From Thecamonas trahens ATCC 50062 (lineage: Eukaryota; Protista; Apusomonadida): a stretch of 64,000 nt of DNA. The notes beneath the pieces are model-generated. The model saw only the letters and a program-made list of their open reading frames with translations. It searched no databases and was not told the origin of the DNA. Positions within the stretch are counted from its first letter, which is position 1, and each line of letters starts with the position of its first letter. The DNA lies in assembly GCF_000142905.1 (NCBI RefSeq), contig NW_013657645.1, positions 186,001-250,000 on the forward strand, read 5' to 3'. The position numbers and the translations under genes were made by a program. This document shows positions 1 to 10,800 of the stretch, piece by piece.

Positions 1-366
1 TCCTCGTCTACCTCTTCCTTCCTATGGCTGGGAATTGGGCGAGAGTGAGGTGGAGGGCGGTGGCCTGGGAGGAGGGGGGGGGGGGGGAGGGCGGTGGCGT
101 GGGTGATTGCGCGACACGGCGCCAAATGGTGCCAAAGGTGGAAAGCAAATGCGCTGGCTTAGGGGAGGGCGGGACGGCGGAGGGGATCGGATCGGGATGG
201 GTGGGGATTGGCCTTCGAGTTGGGTTTGCGTGTGTGTGTCGAGGGGGGGGGGGGGGATCGGGTTCAGAGAAAGTGGTCGTGGGCAGTCGGGCAGGCAGCT
301 GGAGAGGCCATTGGCTCGACACTCAACTCGGGCAGGTAGAGGAGAGAGGCGGAAGAGGAGGAAGTG

Positions 367-864
367 ATGATTCGGGCGGTGGCGGGGTCTTGGCGGTGTT
401 GGCTGCAGGGAGGAGGTGGAAGGAGCTTGGAGATGATCGTCGCCGGCAGAGCGGCGGGCGGCAGAGAAGCGGGACCGAGCAGCGGCAAGCGGCATCGCCA
501 CAAGGTAGCCGAGGATGAGCTGGAGGAGACGTTTCTGCACGGATCGGGGCCTGGCGGGCAGAAGATCAACAAGACGCAATCACGGGTCCGGCTTGTTCAT
601 GCTCCTACAGGCCTCACCGTGGTGGTGCAGGACACCCGATCCCGCGAGGCAAACAGAACCATTGCGAGGAAGCGTCTCGCCGACAAGGTCGAAGCCCAGC
701 TCAAGGGCAACGCGTCGCGGCTCGGGCGAAAGGCCCAGCGGAAGAGGCGGCGAAAGGCCAAGGCTGCTGCTCGTGCACGACGCAAGTACGCCGATGCTGG
801 CGATGCTGAGGCCGAGCCCGGTCCCGAGCCGCGGACAGACCTGGTCCCACGTCAGGCCGAGTAG
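367..864 (+). CDS. MTRFR: Mitochondrial peptidyl-tRNA hydrolase / rescue release factor (C12orf65/MTRFR family)
   Basis: GSGPGGQKINKT (GGQ motif), VHAPTG and SREANR..ARKRL motifs, basic C-terminal tail, no codon-recognition domain. ATG at 367; the ORF track starts at GTG 364. Confidence 0.85.
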   Translation: MIRAVAGSWRCWLQGGGGRSLEMIVAGRAAGGREAGPSSGKRHRHKVAEDELEETFLHGSGPGGQKINKTQSRVRLVHAPTGLTVVVQDTRSREANRTIARKRLADKVEAQLKGNASRLGRKAQRKRRRKAKAAARARRKYADAGDAEAEPGPEPRTDLVPRQAE

Positions 865-895
865 TCGCGTTTATGTGGGCGCGGCGAGAGCGCGG

Positions 896-2239
896 CTAAA
901 GCTTGCTCCGCCTCCCGCCGACGGCAGCACGATCGTCGACGGCGGCAAACGACCTCGGCGCCGGGCCGACGTACAGCTGACGCGGGCGGCCGATGACTCG
1001 TGTCGAGTCGGAGATCATCTCCCGCCACTGCGAGATCCAGCCGACGGTGCGGGCGACGGCAAAGAGGACAGTGTACATGTCGCGCGGGATGCCGAGGGCC
1101 CGGAGAATGATGCCCGAGTAAAAGTCGGTGTTGGGATAGAGGCCGCGGGAGACAAAGTACTCATCCTCGAGCGCCACCTTTTCCAGCTCGAGCGCCAGCT
1201 CCATCAGCGGGTCCTCCCGCTGCAGCTTCCCGAGCAGCTCGTGGCAGTACGACTTGAGGATGCGGGCCCGTGGATCGTACGACTTGTACACCCGATGGCC
1301 AAAGCCCATAAGGCGGAACGAGTCGGACTTGTCCTTAGCGCGCGCCACGGCGGCCGGGATCTGATCCACACTCCCAATCTCCTCGAGCATGCGGATGACG
1401 GCCTCGTTGGCGCCACCGTGGGCCGGGCCCCAGAGCGCGGTGATGCCCGACGCAATGGCCGCGTACGGGTTGGCTTCGGACGAGCCAGCAATACGGACGG
1501 TCGACGTCGATGCGTTCTGCTCGTGGTCCATGTGCAGGATCATCCACACCTCGAGCGCCCGCTCGGCAAGTGGATCGACCACGTACTCGGCGCCCGGCTT
1601 GGCGAAGAGCATGTGCAACAGATTGCCGCAGTGAGAGAGCGCGTCACGCGGGTAGACAAACGGCTCTCCCACCGCAGTTTTGTACGCCATAGCCGCCAGG
1701 GTCGGAAGCTTGGCGATGACCCGATACGCCGCCGCCACCTGATCGCCGGCGTCGAAAACGTCAAGCTTGTCGTGGTAAAACGCCGAGAGCGCCCCGACCA
1801 CGCCGACCATGATAGCCATGGGATGAGCGTTGGAGAGAAAGCCGGAGTAAAAGTGGATGAGCCGCTCGTGAACTCGTCGCTCGGCCACGAGCCGGGCTGA
1901 GTGCAGAGCCTTTGCCTTGCGATCGGGCAAGTCGCCAAAAAGGAGCAAGTACGATACGTCATCAAAGTCGCCATCAGCCGCCAACTCCTCGATGGCGTAG
2001 CCGCGATGGAGTAAAACACCGCGAGGACCATCGATGTAGGTAATGGCAGACGCACATGAGCATGTGGCCTTAAAGCCCGGATCGTAGCAAAAGCACCCTG
2101 TCGCGCTGTACACTCCGCGGACGTCGACCACGTCTGGCCCCGAGACGCCACCGTACACCGGCAGCTCCGCCGTCTTGCCGTTTGGCAGCGTCAGTCGTGC
2201 CGTACCCACAACCCGTCCTCCACGCGGTGCTGCTGCCAT
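896..2239 (-). CDS. CS: Citrate synthase (bacterial/type II-like) with C-terminal PTS1, probably peroxisomal
   Basis: YDPGF, ITYIDG..G.L.HRGY, HPM, DHEQNAST, LWGPAHGGAN, LMGFGHRVYK.YDPRA, YPNTDFYSG, RPRQLY; ends in -SKL. Confidence 0.95.
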   Translation of the reverse strand: MAAAPRGGRVVGTARLTLPNGKTAELPVYGGVSGPDVVDVRGVYSATGCFCYDPGFKATCSCASAITYIDGPRGVLLHRGYAIEELAADGDFDDVSYLLLFGDLPDRKAKALHSARLVAERRVHERLIHFYSGFLSNAHPMAIMVGVVGALSAFYHDKLDVFDAGDQVAAAYRVIAKLPTLAAMAYKTAVGEPFVYPRDALSHCGNLLHMLFAKPGAEYVVDPLAERALEVWMILHMDHEQNASTSTVRIAGSSEANPYAAIASGITALWGPAHGGANEAVIRMLEEIGSVDQIPAAVARAKDKSDSFRLMGFGHRVYKSYDPRARILKSYCHELLGKLQREDPLMELALELEKVALEDEYFVSRGLYPNTDFYSGIILRALGIPRDMYTVLFAVARTVGWISQWREMISDSTRVIGRPRQLYVGPAPRSFAAVDDRAAVGGRRSKL

Positions 2240-2445
2240 GGTTGCTGGAGTAAAGTCTGCTGGCTGTGGCTCTGGCTCTGGCTCCCCCCCCCCACCCGTG
2301 CCGCCCGTGCCACCGTGCCCCTGACATGTGCCAAAACCCCCGCACTGCTACAGGAGCCAGTCCCCGCTTTGACGGTGTTGGCCGCGAGATGGGCAGATTT
2401 TACAGATTATAGTGGGCGACGGCACGGGTACAGGCTGGCCGCTGC

Positions 2446-3341
2446 TCACTGGGGGCCAAAGACATCGCGCGGAGACACGGTCTTGCCAGGCTTGCGCTCC
2501 TTCCGCATCGTCGAGGCGCGCGTCGGCTTGGGGAGGACAATCTCGATGCTGGACATCTTGAGAGGGGGAGTCTCACACAACTCTGGGTCGTCCTCGATGA
2601 CACAGCCAGTCTCCTTCATGGCGCGCTCGTGCTCCAGGTAGATGACCGAAATCACGGTCGGAGCGGGGAGGCCATGAACGACATTGCAGATCTCAGGGTC
2701 GGCGCATCCGTACTCGCACACGTCGTCGTCGTCATCATCCCGGGTGCGTTTGCGGCCAGTGATGGAAGACGGTCCTGGCGGCGAGGACGCGTGCGAGTGA
2801 GCACTCAGCGCGGCCCAGTCCAGAGGCTGGGATGGCGGCGAGGTAGCCGGCACCGGTGGGCCACCAGGTCGCCGGTACAAGCAGAATCTTTGAGCGGATC
2901 ACCACCCAGGTACTTGACAATCGCCTTGAGCTGTGTGGTACACGGCTGGGCGCACGCGCTGGCCAGGGTACCGTGATGGTCGCTCAGCATGGCCTTGATA
3001 GCCTTCATCGCATCGGCGCCGCTCACCATGACGTCATCCCTATTCCACTCGGGGCTGAGCACGCACAGGAAGATCTGGATCATCTCAGGCTTGAACAAGC
3101 GAAGTGCATTGGAAAAGGCGTCGTTAGCCTTGCCCTTCTGGGGTCCATACGTGGGGAGAAACGTGTGCAAAGCAAGCAACAGCTGCCGGGACAACTCAAC
3201 CACGGGCATTGCGTCCAGACCAGCGATGTCCTTGAATACCCACACGAGAAGCCCAGCGAGGGACACAGCTGCGAGGTATTCTTCGGATGTCTCATTCAGT
3301 GTCGCAGACGAGGCCTTGGATGAGGTGGAAGACTTGGTCAT
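2446..3341 (-). CDS. Orphan protein A (helical N-terminal domain, Pro/Ser linker, RKRTR NLS-like motif, acidic patch); apparent frameshift near 2858
   Basis: ORF from ATG 3341 (MTKSSTSS...) overlaps ORF 2446..2880. One added base in GGCCCACC joins them (..DLVA-PPVPATS..GRKRTRDDDDDD). No family recognised. Confidence 0.55.
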
Positions 3342-3611
3342 GCTGGACTGGACGGCGGGGGGGGGGGAAGGTGAGCAAGGTTTGGGTGGGGGGTGCCAAA
3401 ATATTTTTTGTGCTGCACACACACCCTTGGCCAGCTTGGTTGACCATTTCGCCGCACGCCGGTTGACGGGTGTCTGGAGCCACCACCTCGAAAACAAAGA
3501 GCGGCGGAAAACGGGCGAGCGAACAATGTCCCCGAGCCAACCGCCACCTGCTGTACATCCCACGAGGGGGGGGCATGGAGACAATGGCCTACCACAACAC
3601 CACCAACAGGT

Positions 3612-4178
3612 GCATGCCGTGACGCACATGGAGGGAGGAACATGGCCGACTACCATGGCCATCCACCATCACTGCCACCCCCACATCCACACCACGTACA
3701 TGCTCTGTAACCGAGTGAGGTGTTGGCGAGTTGGGGTGTGAAGATTCTTGCCCTATGGTGTGTGGCATGGTGGGGAAGCGAGGCCATGGGAGGAGGGCAG
3801 GAGTGAGGAGGAGGGAATGGTGACGGAGAAGGGACCAGGCACCCAGAGGACGCCCATGGGGTGGGACTGTGGCTTGTGGATGGACTGTGGTGGAGGGTGA
3901 TGAGGGTGCGGGGGGTGTGTGTCGTCACAGCAAAGAATGACCGGCTTTCTACTGCTGCGGGTGGGCGCAGGCAAGGAGGGAGACGACGGCCTCGTGTCCG
4001 TGCAGCACAGCATGGGTACCGGAAAAGCCGGTTGGGGGAGGGGGGAGGGTGGGTGTATCGTACGGGTGGTGTAGAGGTCATAGGGAATGCATTATGTGAC
4101 TTTCACCTCTACGGCGCGTATACTTGCCGCGCTGTGGCCATGGGGGGCTCGGCGTGGTCGCCAGGGTGCCGTGGTGTG
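3612..4178. repeat. Left arm of 567-bp inverted repeat
   Basis: Reverse complement of 4482..5048 with about 10 mismatches by manual comparison. Confidence 0.97.
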
Positions 4179-4481
4179 TGTTGTTAACCTTGCGGAGGCG
4201 TCAGTGGCAGCAGCGGCGTCGTTTTGGCGTTCAGACGGCTGCGTTCGCGGCCGTGCGTCGATTGGCAAGCAAAGATGGCCGAAATCCAACGATTAAACTG
4301 GAGAATGACGAAATGAACGAGTGATAATCGAGTGACAAATAATGGAACAAATGACCAAAAAAATGGTGGCCCAGCCATTGGAAGGAATAATTTGCAATTC
4401 CGGGCCGTACGCCGAACGTGGCCTTCTGCGCGCGGAGAGGCACCCCAGCACCACCAGCAGACCCCTGCGGCAGCGACGAGG

Positions 4482-5048
4482 CACACCACGGCACCCTGAC
4501 GACCACGCCGAGCCCCCCATGACCATAGCGCGGCAAGTATACGCGCCGTAGAGGTGAAAGTCGCACAACGCCTTCCCTATGACCTCTACACCACCCGTAC
4601 GACACACCCACCCTCCCCCCTCCCCCAACCGGCTTTTCCGGTACCCATGCTGTGCTGCACGGACACGAGGCCGTCGTCTCCCTCCTTGCCTGCGCCCACC
4701 CGCAGCAGTAGAAAGCCGGTCATTCTTTGCTGTGACGACACACACCCCCCGCACCCTCATCACCCTCCACCACAGTCCATCCACAAGCCACAGTCCCACC
4801 CCATGGGCGTCCTCTGGGTGCCTGGTCCCTTCTCCGTCACCATTGCCTCCTCCTCACTCCTGCCCTCCTCCCATGGCCTCGCTTCCCCGCCATGCCACAC
4901 ACCATAGGGCAAGAATCTTCACACCCCAACTCGCCAACACCTCACTCGGTTACAGAGCATGTACGTGGTGTGGATGTGGGGGTGGCAGTGATGGTGGATG
5001 GCCATGGTAGTCGGCCATGTTCCTCCCTCCATGTGCGTCACGGCATGC
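4482..5048. repeat. Right arm of 567-bp inverted repeat
   Basis: Reverse complement of 3612..4178; the mirrored ORFs 3650..4081(-) and 4579..5010(+) confirm the symmetry. Confidence 0.97.
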
Positions 5049-5347
5049 GCCTCTTTCCTTGGTTGTGGTCTCCTCGACCATGGTCATGGTTGTGGTGGCC
5101 GGTGTGTACACACCAAGTGGCTGCAGAACATGCAGTCAGTCGAAACTGGCCGTTTTTTTGCACTTTGCTATGTGTGCCCTTGCACTTTTGCGCTCGGGGG
5201 CCGTACGACTGCGGGCTGAGAGTCCGTCGGTGCGGCAAGTTTTCACACTGAAAATTCTCCGCACAAGGCCGGTTGATTTTTTTCCCTCAAACCCCCCCTC
5301 ATCCTCACTCACCGTCCCTCAACCTCTCACCCACCTCCAGATCAAAG

Positions 5348-6190
5348 ATGGTCAACTCGAAGCGCGGACAGGGCAACGCCTCGGATTCACGTCCTTTCAA
5401 GCGCGCGCTTGTGCCGCTCACTCAGGGCGTCGAGGGCTCGATGTACAAGAAGAAGCTAAAGGCGCGCCTCGGAAAGGACTCTGTCCCACTCGCTGCTGCC
5501 CACGCACGTTGCTTGCAACTGGCCAAAGACAACACCGGCTGTGACTGGCCCCTTTCCAAGGGCGCTTTCAAGGACTTTGTGCGCGAGGCCTACAATGGTT
5601 ACAAGGATTTCAGTGGCCTGGAAGAGGCCGTGCTTGCTCTCGAGGTCGGCGTGGTCGACATGCGCGTCCTCGCCTTGAAGATCTGTGACAAGCATCACCG
5701 AGCGACCAGGACCGGCGTTAACAAGGCCGCCAAGAAGCAGGACACTACTCCGAAGAACCTCTCTGCTTTGCGTGCCAAGATCGAGGCCAGCGTCAAGGCC
5801 GATTATGACCAGCGTGACGCCGACGAGTGCGTTGCGCGCCTCAACGCCAAGCATGACGCTCTTGTCGAGCGTTTCCTTGCCGCCATGGGGTTCGCCGACA
5901 TGGACATTGCCGACATGGACATCGCTGTGCCATCCGTCACAGCCGCCCCACCTCCTTGCACCCCACACCCGGCTGCAGCGCCCGCCACCGTCGCAAGCGC
6001 CCCCGCCATCGCTAGCCTGTTGTCCTCCCGTATCAAACCACCCTGCCTCGAATCTCTCCCACCGACGTCCCTCACCGCGTTGATCGCGGTCGGCAGAGCC
6101 AGGGAGCGCCCCCAATGCCTCACAACATCCCCGGCTCACCACCACATCAGCAGCGATAACGGCCATGACTGGGTGAAGCTACCATTTTGA
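5348..6190 (+). CDS. Orphan protein B (basic, helical N-terminal ~190 aa, Pro/Ala-rich tail)
   Basis: ATG 5348 (MVNSKRGQG...), strong coding-type codon usage (AAG, GCC, GAC) and a protein-like helical pattern. No family recognised. Confidence 0.65.
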   Translation: MVNSKRGQGNASDSRPFKRALVPLTQGVEGSMYKKKLKARLGKDSVPLAAAHARCLQLAKDNTGCDWPLSKGAFKDFVREAYNGYKDFSGLEEAVLALEVGVVDMRVLALKICDKHHRATRTGVNKAAKKQDTTPKNLSALRAKIEASVKADYDQRDADECVARLNAKHDALVERFLAAMGFADMDIADMDIAVPSVTAAPPPCTPHPAAAPATVASAPAIASLLSSRIKPPCLESLPPTSLTALIAVGRARERPQCLTTSPAHHHISSDNGHDWVKLPF

Positions 6191-6377
6191 ATGCCCTCGA
6201 AAGCGCCAGATCAGTCCCGATGCCCCGCAATCCCCTCGCATCCATTGGCTCGACCAGCGAACTTCCAGCTGCCTTCCCTGCCACCCAGCCGGCTCGACAG
6301 CCGCGGACGGAGTCGACGACCGACGGTGGTACACACGACCCGGGGAGGGAGGCTTTTTGGTGGCTGCTCTGTGGGCA

Positions 6378-7824
6378 ATGCAAAGGACGATGTATGAGGA
6401 TGGGGGAGGGTATGGTCATGCTCATGGTGGTGGCGGGGGTGGCGGTGGGAGGGCTGGCGGGTGGCGGCAGGCCGAGGCAACTGCCAACGGTTCTGGAGGG
6501 TATAGGTATGGGCACGACTACAGAAGTGATGGGCGGAGTTATGGAGGCGATGGGCGGAGCCATGGAATGGGCAATGATCATGGTCGTAGAATTGCTGCTG
6601 ATGGCTCGGGCTACCACCGGAGCCAGGCTACGTCATCGGCTGCTGCCCATGCGCCGTACTCGCCCTCGCACGGCTCGCCCTCGGGCTATCAATCATATGC
6701 CGATGGAAGCGGGCGCAGGTCACGGGCGGGATACTCGCCATACGGTGAGCATGGCGGGTATCCATCGCGGTCAGCCTCGCGGCTGGCGCAGTATGAGAGC
6801 CCGAGTCGTGGTGCTGATGAGTATCGGGCGGCCGAGGCCGAGGCCGAGGCCGGTCCGTGCACGCGCCGCGGCGTACAAGGCGCAGCGGGCGGCGGCGCGG
6901 GAGAGTAGTGGCAACACACCGCGGCGTGGCCAGACGGCGCACATTCTTCCTGGGCGCGAGGTGGTGGGCGAGCCGCCGGCGCGATTTGCAGTCGGCGCCC
7001 ACAATCGATCACGGGTGTCGCGGGCTCTGCAAGCCTCCTCGGAGCCGTCGCCCGAGGTCCAGGCGCTCGATGCCCAGGTCATGGCACGATCGCTGCGGCG
7101 CGAGGCCACCAAGCTCGAATCTGCCGTGGAGACGCTCCGCCATCATCTGACCAACACCGATGACGCCGAGGATCGGCGGCGGATCCAGGCCCGGCTGGCG
7201 TCGCTGCAGGCGCGGGCGGCCGAGATCAAGTCGCAGCAGTCGCGGGTGGAGCACTCGACGCCACCGCGCGTTCTCATTGGTGTGCCTGGCCGCTCGCCGT
7301 CGCGACTCTCGCATGCCCCGCGCTCGGTCGTCCCGCGCGAGGAGCAGACGCGATATGCCCGCGAACTGCAGGCCCAGGTCGAGGAGCGGTCGCGCTGGCG
7401 GCGGCTCAACGAGCCGGCCGGCGATCTCGCAGCTGAGGCCAACGCCCGCAAGCAGCGCGAGAGCTATGCTGCCCGCTGTAACGCCGCCGTTGCAGCCGAG
7501 TCCAAGCGATTCACAAAGCCGGTCGGCGTTACCCTGGAGTCGCAGCCGCGCAAGTCGATCGACATAGAGGCGCGCCGCCAGTACAAGTTGATCCTCGACG
7601 AGCAGCGCAAGGAGCGCACCCGCCTCAAGGCCGCTCCACCGCGCGAGTTCCGCCTGCCCGCCAAAAAGGCCGAGTACATGGAGCCCCACAACTTGTACTC
7701 TTTCAAGCCACCACCGCCTGATCCCGACATGCCCTCTGTGCCCAAGCCGCCGCTCGTCACTCTCGCCACCATGGCCCGCCGCGAAGATCGCCGCCCGCCG
7801 TGGATGAAATCAGAGCGCCCGTAG
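6378..7824 (+). CDS. Gly/Tyr-rich N-terminus plus coiled-coil protein with Y..EL..Q..E motifs (CSPP1/CCDC66-like motif, weak); apparent +1 frameshift near 6850
   Basis: Frame 6357..6908 (MQRTMYEDGGG...EYRAAEAEAEA) continues into frame 6187..7824 (VRARAAAYKAQR...YARELQAQVEER...QYKLILDEQRKER) if one base is removed from GAGGCCGGTCC. Confidence 0.6.
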
Positions 7825-7883
7825 CAGCCCGTCTGTCGCCCGCGGTTAAACCACATGCGATGTTCATTCTAACACGCCACGGG

Positions 7884-10800
7884 CTACGTGCCGCCACGGG
7901 GGCGAACCTTGGGCTCCGGTGGATCCCACGGCATGCGCCGACTCTTGGGCTTGGCGCTGCCTCCGCGCCCTCGCCCACGCCCGCGCCCTCGCCCTCGCCC
8001 TTGCCCTCGCCGGCGCCCGCGTCCACGCCCACGCCCGCGCCCGCGCCCGCGCGTGCCACTGCGCTTGCGATCACTGGCATCGTCTCGCACACGGCTTGCT
8101 CGATCGGCGTGATCAGAGTTATTGCGGCTCGGCGTCCGCCCTCGACCCGTCCGCCCCGAGTTGCTGCGGCTCGGCGTCTGCTGCCGTCCCGAGTTGCTCC
8201 GACTCGGAATCCGCGAGCTTGATGCTCGTGACAGATTGCTCGGCGAAGTCAGCGAGGCATTGCTCGGCGCTCGTGAGCTGCAGCTCGGGGGTGTTCGCGC
8301 CCGAGCTCCAACTGACGAGCGCGACTTGCTGCGCGTCGGATCCCGCGAGTAACATCTCGATGAGTATGACCGATCCTGCGACCGCGACCGATCCTGCGAC
8401 CGTGACCGGTCCCTCGACCGCGACCGATCCTGCGACCGTGACCGGTCCCTCGACCGCGACCGATCCCTCGACCAGGAACGAGACCGCGTCCACGAGCGTG
8501 ACCTCGACCGCTCTCTCGACTGTTCCCTCGACCACGAGCAATCTCGCGATTGACTCTGTGGTGAGCTCCCCAGTGCAGCCCCTCCGCGCGCAGGCGTCTC
8601 GGGCCTCGCAAGAGACGAGCCGTGCGAGTCACTCGAGCTCGACGTCGGTCCTCGTGCAGACGACAAGCTCTCCCACACCTCCTCCGCCGGCTCGTCTGCT
8701 GCGCCGGGCGTGTTCCCGTGCCGAAAGTCAAGCGACGAATTGGGCGACGGTGCGTGATGCAGCGCCGTCTCAAATACCGTCCGCAGCGGCACGTCGTCGT
8801 CATCGTCGGCGCCGCCCGCCATCACTTCTGGGAACGTCGAGCTCAGGCCATGCTCGTCAGTGTTGCAGCGCGCCTTGCCAAACGGCGTCGACGGTGCAGA
8901 CGCCATCAGCGACGCTGGCCGCCGCATCCAAGCCTTCGACCCCGGTGTGGCCGGCGCAGGCGTTGCATACAGTCGAGACGCCACCGACGAGAGCTCGTTC
9001 GATGACGATGAGTCGGCTGTCGATGGCTCAGCCCACCGGCCGCTCGCCTCTACGACGGTCACATCGGCTGCAGGCTTGGGCGTTGTCACCACCTCGGGCG
9101 CCACACGAGTGTTCTTACGCGCCACATGCGTGGCCACAAAGTATGCTACCAGGCCGAGCAAAACAAGCACAAGCAAGAGAAGAAGCCACACCACCCAAAA
9201 CAGCGCAGAGGACGGGTTCTGAAGCGGTGGCAAAGGCGCAGGTGCAACCAGGCTCCCAGGCCCACCCGCGCTCGACGGTGCAGGGAATGGAGGCGCGGGA
9301 GACAGCATCGGTGGAGGAGGCGGTGGTGAACTGTCTCCCATTGGAGCTGGTGGTGCCGGCGGTGATGGTGGTGGTGGCGGCGGTGACGGCGGTGGTGACG
9401 GCGGCGGCGGCGGTGACGGCGGTGACGGTGGCGGTGACGGCGACGGAGATGGCGGTGGCGGTGACGGCGGCGGCGGCGACGGCGGTGGTGGCGGTGGTGA
9501 TGGCGGTGGCGGTGGCGGCGATGGTGGCGGTGGAGGGCACAGATTGGCACCAGTGCATGTGCCAAACGCCGAGCACACGTCTGGGCCGGTACACGACGAC
9601 CCGTCGTCGCATGGCGTGTTGGCTGGATCGAGCTTGCACTCGGACGAGCAGCAGTCCCCGTTGGCTGTGTTCCCGTCATCGCACTCCTCGTCGGCATCGA
9701 CCACGCCGTTACCGCACACACATGTCAGCCCGCCGGACTGGACGCACTCGCCGCGGCTACCGCACACCGGCGCGCCGTAACACGGCTCTGCAAACGAGCA
9801 GTCGCTGCCTGCAGCCATGTACCCGTCGTCCGGGCAGACGACCGTGCCGCCGGCCCCCACCACGCACGCTTCAGCCACATCGCATGGTAGTGAGCCGTTG
9901 ACTGGCCGACAAAGTGTGCCTACATCGAGGTACTGACACGTCTCCGCCGAGCAGCATCCCCACGGCCCGGCTGAGCCCGGATCGCACTCTTCGCCCGGCT
10001 CAAGTGCGCCATTGCCGCACTCGGCGTACGCCAGCAAGACACTCACCGTGTCGGCGTCCGAGCTCGGTTGCGTCGTCTCGTAGCCGGAAAGCACCCCGAC
10101 GCCAGGCACCCTGCTCAGCACCAGGGCAAGATCGGTCGTCGCTGCCCCGGTTGCAGCGGCAGCCAACATCGGCTGCGCCGCGCCCCACGACGCACCGCAG
10201 TCAGTCGAAACCGCCACCATGATGTCCGAGTCGGTTCCGGTCCCGCCCACGTCCGCTGTTGACTGCCACGCCGCGAGAACATGCCCACCGCCAGGGTACT
10301 CGGGCATCCACACCAGACTCGGCGCCGCATCGAGCGCGCCACTGTCGTCCGCCGCAGCATAGCTGTTGACCAGCGCCGGCGCGTTCCAGGTCACCCCATT
10401 ATCATGCGAGACCGCCGCGAGCAGATCCAGGTCTGATCCGAGGCTCAGTGGCCCGAGCGCCGTCCGAGTCGACGCCCATGCCACCGTCCACGTGCCGTTG
10501 CCAGCCGTCGCCACCACGGGCTGAACGTCAAACGCCGCCGAGCCGCCCACCACCACGCCGGGCTGGCACTCGAGCCGCCCGGCATCGCCTCCGGGCACCC
10601 AGCATCGCGAGAAGAGGATGTCAAAGTCGGTCCCGTCCCATCCGGACCCATACCATGCCACGCCAAACGTAGCATTGGCCGCGCCAAACGCCACGTCTGG
10701 CCCATGGTTCGACGTCCCAGACGCTTCCATGCCCGGACTGGCGGCAATTGGCGCCGACCATCCTCCGCTGCTTGCGCCCAAGGCTGCCACAAACACGTTG

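Noticed and set aside
515-1900. Long + strand ORF (461 aa) and similar long ORFs (7919..9901, 28130..29257, 59269..61893, 43052..44380)
   Set aside because: These are antisense or off-frame shadows of well-supported genes, expected in high-GC coding DNA, and carry no motifs.
3650-5010. Mirror ORFs within the IR arms (143 aa)
   Set aside because: Low-complexity Pro/His/Ser translation of C-rich non-coding sequence, with no coding-type codon bias.
3612-5048. Inverted repeat as an autonomous DNA transposon
   Set aside because: No transposase inside and no target-site duplication at the outer ends; a non-autonomous foldback element remains possible.
8119-8541. Alternative-frame ORF overlapping the RS tail
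   Set aside because: It has no ATG context or motifs, and the main frame is continuous to 7884.
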